64,000 nt of DNA from an uncultured Acidimicrobiales bacterium (GTDB lineage Bacteria; Actinomycetota; Acidimicrobiia; Acidimicrobiales; SHLQ01), in contig CAYMJU010000032.1 in NCBI GenBank assembly GCA_964390555.1, forward strand, positions 30,563 through 94,562. Direction: 5' to 3'. The position numbers and the translations under genes were made by a program. Positions 57,693-64,000 of the stretch are shown piece after piece. Under the pieces are notes generated by a model. The model saw nothing but the letters and a program-made list of their open reading frames with translations. It was not told where the DNA came from and searched no databases. The stretch's first letter is position 1. Every line of letters starts with the position of its first letter.

Positions 57693-58565
57693 CTATGTGC
57701 CGGGTTCCTCGGCGAGGTGGGCGAGGAGGAGCTCGTTGAAGCGGTCGGGGACGAGCTCTTGGACCCAGTGGTCGACGTCGTCGATCACCTCGAGACGGTA
57801 TGGGCCCTCGACGCATCGGCCCGTCGCCTCGGCACCGTCACGGCCGAGGGCCGGGTCGTCGGTGCTCCACACGTGCAGGGTGCGACACGTGACGGGGCCG
57901 AGGCCGTCGAACATCTCGGGTAGCGAGGCTCGGTACCAGCTCACGGTCGCCCGCATGGCCTCGACCGAGCCGAGGGTGGCGAGGTAGCGGTCGAGCTCGT
58001 CGCCGGTCACGTTGGCTGCGTCGGCGATGCGCCGGAGCAACGCGCAGTCGTCGGCCACGAAGTCGTTCTCGGAGCCCGGAGTTCGGAACCAGTCGAAGTA
58101 CGACGACCGCTCGCGCTGGTCACCGAACTCGCACGCGTGGAGATAGGCCCAGGGGTGGGGCACCGAGACGGCGGTCCAGGTGAGCAACCGGTCGCTGTGG
58201 CGACACGCCACCTGCCACCCGACCACGCAGCCGAAGTCGTGCCCGACGAGGTGGAACCGGTCGGCCCCGAGCGCGTCGGCGACGCCCAGGGTGTCTCGCA
58301 CCAGTGCCGACTGCCGGTAGGCGAGCTCGTCGTGGGGCCGAGCGCCCGGCGAGTAGCCGCGCTGGTCGACGGCCACCGCCCGGTAGCCCGCGGCAGCGAG
58401 GGCCGGCACCTGGTGGCGCCAGCTCCGGCGGGTCTGCGGGAACCCGTGGAGCAACAACACGAGCGGCCCGTCGGCCGGGCCAGATGCGGTGGCGTCGAAC
58501 ACGAGCCGCCCGACCTCGGGGTCGTCGAGCACGATCTCGATGTCCTCTACGGCGATGTCGGTCAC
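57693..58565 (-). CDS. alpha/beta hydrolase (epoxide hydrolase / haloalkane dehalogenase-like)
   Basis: Has LLLHGFPQTRRSWRHQ and the nucleophile elbow LVGHDFG. GTG 58565 overlaps the HAD stop (GTGA). Confidence 0.8.
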   Translation of the reverse strand: MTDIAVEDIEIVLDDPEVGRLVFDATASGPADGPLVLLLHGFPQTRRSWRHQVPALAAAGYRAVAVDQRGYSPGARPHDELAYRQSALVRDTLGVADALGADRFHLVGHDFGCVVGWQVACRHSDRLLTWTAVSVPHPWAYLHACEFGDQRERSSYFDWFRTPGSENDFVADDCALLRRIADAANVTGDELDRYLATLGSVEAMRATVSWYRASLPEMFDGLGPVTCRTLHVWSTDDPALGRDGAEATGRCVEGPYRLEVIDDVDHWVQELVPDRFNELLLAHLAEEPGT

Positions 58566-59164
58566 GCGGTCAGACCCCTGGCCGCGAGCTCGGCCCGTAG
58601 AAGAGTCGCTTCGGTGAACAAGAGGCTGTCGAACCCGAGCGCCGCGGCGGCGTCGATGTTGGCGACGGAGTCGTCGACGAACACCGCGTCGCCAGGCCGG
58701 AAGCCGTAGCGCCCGCACAAGAGCTCGTAGATGGCGGGCTCCGGTTTGACCACGCCCTCGAAGCCCGAGATCACCATGCCCTCGAACCAGTCGAGGAACG
58801 GGTAGCGGTTCCGGATCATGGCGAAGGTGTCACGACCCCAGTTCGACAGCGCGAAGCACCGGTGGCCCGCGGCAACCAACTCGCCCAGCAGCTCGACGAC
58901 ATCGTCGAGTGCGGGACCCAACGTGTCGGTCCAGCGTGTCTCGAACGCCTCGAACGCGTGCTGGTACTGCGGGTACCGGCGGGTGAGGTCGGCCGCGACG
59001 TGACCCAGCTCGACGCCGCGGTCGAGGACCGCGTTCTCGTCGAGCGTGTAGATGTGGTCGAGGAAGTGGTCGAGCTCGCCGGGGTCGTGGATGACCCGCT
59101 CGAACAGTCGCCGGCGATCCCACGGGATCAACACGTTGCCGAGGTCGAACACCACGACACCCAT
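58562..59164 (-). CDS. HAD-IA family hydrolase
   Basis: Motif I is VVFDLGNVL, motif II is ALSNW and motif III/IV is KPEP...VFVDDS. ATG overlaps the selD stop (ATGA). Confidence 0.85.
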   Translation of the reverse strand: MGVVVFDLGNVLIPWDRRRLFERVIHDPGELDHFLDHIYTLDENAVLDRGVELGHVAADLTRRYPQYQHAFEAFETRWTDTLGPALDDVVELLGELVAAGHRCFALSNWGRDTFAMIRNRYPFLDWFEGMVISGFEGVVKPEPAIYELLCGRYGFRPGDAVFVDDSVANIDAAAALGFDSLLFTEATLLRAELAARGLTA

Positions 59165-60198
59165 CAGCGCAACATCATCCTTCCGGAGCCCGGACCCTCG
59201 ACCCGGCCGACCGCCGCCGCCGCATGTCCGGTGCGGCCGAGCTCGGCGAGCACCTCGGCCGCCCGATCGGCGTCGACACCGAACACCAGACCACCGGAGG
59301 TCTGGGCATCAGCGAGCAAGGTCACGGTCAGCTCGTCGATGGCCCCCCGCTCGAGTCGGGCCTCGACGGCCGCGAGGTTGCGGGCCGACCCGCCGGGCAC
59401 GAACCCGGCCGCCGCCAGCTCGCGGGCGCCGGGGAGCAGCGGCACCGCGGCGGCGTCGAGCGCGACATCGACGGCGGACTCGACCGCCATCCGGCCGAGG
59501 TGGCCAAGAAGCCCGAACCCGGTCACGTCGGTCGCGCCCGTCGCGCCGGCGGCGAGCGCTACCGCGCTCGCCACATCGTTGAGACGGGTCATCGACGCCA
59601 CCGCAGCGTCGACCGAATCGCTGGAAGCCTTGCCGCGTTTGATCGCGGTGGCGATAACACCGATGCCGAGCGGCTTGGTGAGCACGAGCACCTGACCGGC
59701 CCGGAGACCGGCGTTGGTCAACAGCCGATCGGGGTGGACCTCGCCGACCACGGCCATGCCGTACTTCGGTTCGGGATCATCGACGGTGTGGCCGCCGGCG
59801 ATGACGAACCCGGCTTCGGCGGCGATCGAGGCTCCACCTTCGAGGACATCGCCCAGCAGATCGGTCGAGAGCTCGTCGTTGTTCCAGCACACGAGGTTCA
59901 ACGCCAGCAGCGGCCGGCCGCCCATGGCGTACACGTCGCTCACCGAGTTGGCTGCGGCGATCCGGCCCCACGTGCGCGCGTCGTCAACGAGCGGTGTGAT
60001 GAAGTCGGCGGTGACCACCAGGGCGCGCGAGTCGTCGAGCCGCCAGACGGCGGCATCGTCGCCGGTGTCCGAACCGACCAGCAGATCGGGGTGCGGAGAG
60101 GCGGGTTGGAGGCGGCGCACGACCTGCGCCAGCGCATCAGGCGCCAGCTTGCAGGCTCAGCCCGCGCCGTGGCTGTACTGGGTGAGTCGACGAGTCAC
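59164..60198 (-). CDS. selD: selenide, water dikinase (selenophosphate synthetase) with in-frame TGA = selenocysteine
   Basis: GTG 60198 has the SD GGGGGAGG 7-9 nt upstream. The translation is VTRRLTQYSHGAG-TGA-ACKLAPDALAQVV..PDLLVGSDTGDDAAV...TADFITPLVDD...GRIAAANSVSDVYAMGG. It is collinear with the E. coli SelD LTQYSHGAGCGCKI region, with TGA (60157-60159, codon 14) at the Cys17 position. The track only shows the truncated 59164-60120 ORF. Confidence 0.9.
60122..60156 (-). promoter_or_regulatory. candidate SECIS hairpin immediately downstream of the selD UGA
   Basis: mRNA: UGA-GCCUGC[AA]GCUGGCGC-CUGAU-GCGCUGGCGCAGGU. The stem has about 14 pairs (several G-U), an AA bulge and a G-containing apical loop about 19 nt after the UGA. 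Confidence 0.55.
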
Positions 60199-60223
60199 TC
60201 GAATTCACCTCCCCCTCTACCTA

Positions 60224-60282
60224 CTGGCGGCTCGCTTCGAGAAGCTCGCCCGTGGTGTCACTTGCTGGCGGCTCGCTCCGAG
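60224..60282. repeat. two 18-bp direct repeats in the selD upstream region
   Basis: CTGGCGGCTCGCTTCGAG (60224-60241) and CTGGCGGCTCGCTCCGAG (60265-60282) match at 17 of 18 positions. Their starts are 41 bp apart. They lie between the amidohydrolase stop and the selD SD. Confidence 0.6.
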
Positions 60283-60289
60283 CGTCGGG

Positions 60290-61474
60290 CTAGGCAACCC
60301 GCGAGGTGAGCGCCAGACCGTTGTCTCGCATGATCAACTTGATGTCGGCGTCGGAGAAGCCGTCGAGATCGTGCACGAACGACAAGGGATCGGCGAGACC
60401 CTCGGCGTGGGGGAAATCGGAGCCGAACAGCATGTGGTCGGCGCCGATCATCTCGGCCAGGGCCGGGAGGTCGTCCTCGTAGTACGGCGACACCCAGATC
60501 GCTCGCCGGAACGTGTCGATCGGATCCTCCGCGAAGGCGTAGGCGTGCTGGCCATACGTCTTCTTCAGCTTCTTGAACAGCGGACCGACCCATTCCGAGC
60601 CGGTCTCGATCGTGGCGACACGGATGTTGCGGTGCGTGGTGAGCACGTGCTCGCCGATGAGCGACGCCATGGCATCGGCGATCGGCGACAACGTGAGCAG
60701 CGACTTGAGGGGGTTGAACCGGAACGACTCGAATTCGGTCGGCAGCCCCCAGTGCTCGTAGATGAACGAGTAGCCGGCGTCGCCGGAGTGGATGGCGAGG
60801 GTGATGCCCGACGCGTCGAGCGCCTTCCAGAACTTCTCGTGGGCGGGGTGGCCGAGCGACCGGCGACCGCCCGCTCCGTCGGGCACCGACGAGGCGCGGA
60901 TGTTGACGACGCGCACGTCGCGCTCGATCGCCCAGCTCAGCTCGTCGAGGGCCCAGTCGGGATCGGCGAGGGTGATGTACGGCGCGGCGAAGATCCGGTT
61001 CTGGTGGGCCATCCCCCAGTCGTCGTCGAGCCACCGGTTGAACGCCGAGAACGCGGCCAGCATCGCCGGCACGTCGTGCTCGAGCGACGACTCCATACCG
61101 ACGCCGAGCGTCGGGAACATGAAGCACCCGTCGATTCCTTGCCCGTCCATCATCTCCAGCCGGGCATCGCGGTTGCGGTACGCCGCCGGTATCGCGACCA
61201 ACTCGCCGAACGCGGCCCGCATGTCCGGTGCCGATTCCTTGGCTCGGAAGTAGGCGTCGAGGCTGCCGGGCCGGGCTACCGGATCGAACGTCGGGTTCGG
61301 GATGAACCGGTTGACCTTGCCGCCGACCAGCAGGCGCTGCTTGCCGTCGATGGTCGCCCACTGCATGGCCCGCTTCGCCATCTTGGGGTCGATGTGGCGG
61401 GTGAACGCGTCTTCGGCCTCGTAGTAGTGGTTGTCGGCGTCGAAGGCCTGATACCCGAGATCGGTCATGCGCAC
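60290..61474 (-). CDS. amidohydrolase-2 family protein (paralogue of 54671-55876)
   Basis: Starts MRMTDLGYQAFDADNHYYE and carries the RFIPNPTF and FGSDFPHAEG motifs. Confidence 0.8.
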   Translation of the reverse strand: MRMTDLGYQAFDADNHYYEAEDAFTRHIDPKMAKRAMQWATIDGKQRLLVGGKVNRFIPNPTFDPVARPGSLDAYFRAKESAPDMRAAFGELVAIPAAYRNRDARLEMMDGQGIDGCFMFPTLGVGMESSLEHDVPAMLAAFSAFNRWLDDDWGMAHQNRIFAAPYITLADPDWALDELSWAIERDVRVVNIRASSVPDGAGGRRSLGHPAHEKFWKALDASGITLAIHSGDAGYSFIYEHWGLPTEFESFRFNPLKSLLTLSPIADAMASLIGEHVLTTHRNIRVATIETGSEWVGPLFKKLKKTYGQHAYAFAEDPIDTFRRAIWVSPYYEDDLPALAEMIGADHMLFGSDFPHAEGLADPLSFVHDLDGFSDADIKLIMRDNGLALTSRVA

Positions 61475-61513
61475 AGCTCCTGGAACGTGATGCCGCGAGC
61501 GTACAGTTGCGCA

Positions 61514-62746
61514 ATGGCTGACCGTCCACCGCTGCTCGCCGGCGTCCGCGTGATCGAGGTCTCACTCCTTGGCCCCGGCTTGTTGTCCACGTTCCTCTCC
61601 GACATGGGCGCCGACGTCATCAAGGTCGAATCTCCTGCCGGCGACTACATCCGCCAGATGACCTGGCCGATCGTCAACGGCGTCTCGCTGCTGCACCTCC
61701 ACACCCATCGGGGCAAGCGGTCGGTCACCTTGAACCTCAAGACCGCCGAGGCCGTCGAGGTGTTCACCGAGCTCGTGGCCGGCGCCGACGCAGTCGTCGA
61801 GGCCATGCGCCCCGGGTCACTCGCCAAGCTCGGCCTCGGCTACGACAAGTTGCGCGCCGTGAACCCCCGCCTGGTGTTCTGCACCATCTCCGGTTACGGC
61901 GCGACCGGGCCTTACCGCGACATGCCGAGCCACGGCATCGCCTATGACACGTGGGCCGGCCAGGTCACCCCGGCGTATGACGACGAGGGGTTCTGCCACA
62001 TCCCCGACGGGACGAACGTCGGCATCAACGTTGGTCCCATGATCGGCGCCCTCGGCGTGATGGCCGGCATCATCCGAGCTCGGGCGACCGGCGAGGGCTG
62101 CGAGATGGAGATCGCCCAGTCCGACGCCGCCGCGTACACCGACTGGTACCGCATCGAGTCGTATCGGGCCTACGACCGGCCGCAGTCCGAGGTCACCGGC
62201 AACCCGTCGGACAACCACGAGCGCCGCCCGCCCGGGCTGGCCGGCATGTGGGAAGCCGTGCGCTACCAGGTCTACGAGGCGAGCGACGGCCACGTGCTGT
62301 TCATGGCCAGCGAGCAGGCGTTCTGGAAGAACTTCTGCGCTGGCATCGACCGCATGGACCTGTTCGACCGGTGGCCCGGCAGCACCTACGCCGACCACGC
62401 TCGCGGCAACACGGAGCTGCACGCGATCCTGCGCGACGTTTTCCGCTCCCGTACCTGCGCCGAGTGGCTCGAGTTCGGCAACGCCCAGAACACCCCGATC
62501 GCGCCGGTCAACACGCCCAAGACCGTCGTCGACGACCCACAGTTCCGGCACCGCATGCCGTTCCTGCCCATCTCAGCTGTCGGCGCCGAGCAGCTTCCGC
62601 TACCCATCAAGATCACCGGCGAGCAACTGCCGGTTCCGACCATGGCGCCCGAAGCCGGCCAGCACACCGACGAGGTCCTCACTGAGGTCCTCGGCTACGA
62701 CGCCGATCGAGTGGGCGTGCTGCGCGCCGCCGGCGCGCTCGGCTGA
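61514..62746 (+). CDS. family III CoA-transferase (CaiB/BaiF)
   Basis: Starts MADRPPLLAGVRVIEVSLLGPGLLSTFLSDMGADVIKVE and has ...ISGYGATGPY. ATG is at 61514. The upstream 600 codons of the 1010-aa track ORF are antisense artefact. Confidence 0.85.
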   Translation: MADRPPLLAGVRVIEVSLLGPGLLSTFLSDMGADVIKVESPAGDYIRQMTWPIVNGVSLLHLHTHRGKRSVTLNLKTAEAVEVFTELVAGADAVVEAMRPGSLAKLGLGYDKLRAVNPRLVFCTISGYGATGPYRDMPSHGIAYDTWAGQVTPAYDDEGFCHIPDGTNVGINVGPMIGALGVMAGIIRARATGEGCEMEIAQSDAAAYTDWYRIESYRAYDRPQSEVTGNPSDNHERRPPGLAGMWEAVRYQVYEASDGHVLFMASEQAFWKNFCAGIDRMDLFDRWPGSTYADHARGNTELHAILRDVFRSRTCAEWLEFGNAQNTPIAPVNTPKTVVDDPQFRHRMPFLPISAVGAEQLPLPIKITGEQLPVPTMAPEAGQHTDEVLTEVLGYDADRVGVLRAAGALG

Positions 62747-62808
62747 GCGAACGCTGTTGACCGTGCCGCAATGAACGAACGCCCTTGACCGAACCGCGGG
62801 TCGCTCGG

Positions 62809-64000
62809 GTGCGCTTGTCGGGAGCGGTCAGCGCCGACGGCCGGGTGCTGCTGCTCACCCGGGGGCTTCGGGCGTTCGCCGACGGGCTGGTGTCGGTCGT
62901 TCTTCCCGTCTACCTGCTCGAGCTCGGGTACTCGCCGCTGCAGATCGGCGCCATAGCCACGTCGACCCTGCTCGGCTCGGCTGCTCTCACGATGGCTGTT
63001 GGCGTGCGAGGCCATCGAATCGCTCGGCGGTTCCTGCTCCAGACCGTCGCCCTGTTGATGGTGGTGACCGGCCTGGCGTTCACCGGGCTCACGGCGTTCT
63101 GGGCCCTGCTCGCCGTCGCCGCGCTGGGAACGATCAATCCGTCGAGCGGCGACGTCAGCGTGTTCTTGCCCACCGAGCAGGCGCTGCTCCCCGCGACGGC
63201 GCCCGACGACCGGCGCACGGCGTTGTTCGCCCGCTACGCCCTGGTCGGGTACGCGATGGCGGCCGTCGGTTCGCTCGTCGCTGGAGTCCCCCAATGGGTC
63301 GCCGATCACACCACGGTCGGCGATCGGACGGCGCTGCGTCTGGTGTTCGTCGTGTACTCGCTGATCGGCCTGAGCGTGTGGGTCAACTACCGCCGGCTCT
63401 CAACCCGGCTCGAAGGCGAAACAGCGGTCGCCGGTCCGCTCGGGCCGTCGCGGCGGATCGTCTACCGGTTGGCCGCGCTCTTCTCACTCGACTCGTTCGG
63501 GGGCGGGTTCGTGGTTCAGTCGCTGCTCGTCGTGTGGCTCGCCGACCGCCACGATCTGTCCGCGGGCGCCTCGGGGCTGATCTTCTTCGGCGCCGGGCTG
63601 CTCTCGGCGGCTTCGACGTTGCTGGCCGCGCCGCTCGCCCGCCGGATCGGGCTGGTGCGCACCATGGTGTTCACGCACCTGCCCGCCAACGGCTTCCTCA
63701 TCGCCGCCGCGTTCATGCCCAACGCGCCGCTCGCGGTGGCCATGCTGTTCGCCCGGGCGATGCTCAGCCAGATGGACGTCCCCGCCCGGACCAGCTACGT
63801 GATGGCGGTGGTGACGCCGCCCGAGCGGGCCGCGGCGGCGAGCATCACCAACGTCCCTCGAAGTCTGGCCGCCGCGGCGGCGCCGTTTGCCGCCGGGTGG
63901 ATGCTCGACCAATCCTCGTTCGGCTGGCCCCTCGTCGTCGCCGGCACCCTCAAGGTCGTGTACGACCTCGCCCTCCTGGCCATGTTCCGCCACATCCGCC
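62809..64000 (+). CDS. MFS transporter, C-terminal end beyond the window
   Basis: Open-ended, so not in the ORF track. GTG 62809 gives VRLSGAVSADGRVLLLTRGLRAFADGLVSVVLPVYLLELGYSPLQIGAIATS.... The frame is still open at 64000 (...LKVVYDLALLAMFRHIR). Confidence 0.7.
   Translation, partial: MRLSGAVSADGRVLLLTRGLRAFADGLVSVVLPVYLLELGYSPLQIGAIATSTLLGSAALTMAVGVRGHRIARRFLLQTVALLMVVTGLAFTGLTAFWALLAVAALGTINPSSGDVSVFLPTEQALLPATAPDDRRTALFARYALVGYAMAAVGSLVAGVPQWVADHTTVGDRTALRLVFVVYSLIGLSVWVNYRRLSTRLEGETAVAGPLGPSRRIVYRLAALFSLDSFGGGFVVQSLLVVWLADRHDLSAGASGLIFFGAGLLSAASTLLAAPLARRIGLVRTMVFTHLPANGFLIAAAFMPNAPLAVAMLFARAMLSQMDVPARTSYVMAVVTPPERAAAASITNVPRSLAAAAAPFAAGWMLDQSSFGWPLVVAGTLKVVYDLALLAMFRHIR

Noticed and set aside
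59714-61513. N-terminal 600 codons of the 1010-aa forward ORF 59714-62746
   Set aside because: It is antisense to selD and to the 60290-61474 amidohydrolase. The recognisable CoA-transferase sequence begins only at ATG 61514.

Overview
This is a 64 kb, gene-dense, very high-GC chromosomal segment of actinobacterial type. It carries about 55 protein genes, many joined by ATGA/GTGA stop-start overlaps. I found no rRNA, tRNA, CRISPR array, transposase or prophage. Recognisable content, in order: a ParC/ParE-like type IIA topoisomerase pair and a Cas4-like PD-(D/E)XK nuclease; mutM, an HtpX protease, an RNB ribonuclease and map; a GAF-GGDEF-EAL signalling protein; a CDF metal exporter; and a thiamine ABC transporter behind a clear TPP riboswitch. 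These are followed by a MarR/MFS efflux pair, a beta-propeller / ECF sigma / anti-sigma / M15 peptidase operon, a rhodanese, and a DUF1800/DUF1501 pair. A P450 / thiolase / crotonase / SDR / CoA-transferase / amidohydrolase set follows, then a molybdopterin oxidoreductase, nth, a DUF3516-type helicase and PhoD. The most interesting signal is selenocysteine recoding. selD has an in-frame TGA at the catalytic Cys/Sec position (GAG-U-ACK). A TlpA-like thioredoxin-fold lipoprotein has an in-frame TGA exactly at the first Cys of its CxxC motif (FWAPH-U-SAC). Both TGAs are followed by similar hairpins with an AA bulge, and both genes are split or truncated in the supplied ORF track. Other points worth a second look: a 92-bp tandem REP/MITE-like element with a dispersed third copy; an orphan protein carrying the ParB N-terminal GRGLAALIP peptide; a DUF1501 protein fused to three ~120-aa repeats; and a helicase with no canonical start codon. 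Many long ORFs in the track are antisense or alternate-frame artefacts of the GC content and were rejected.
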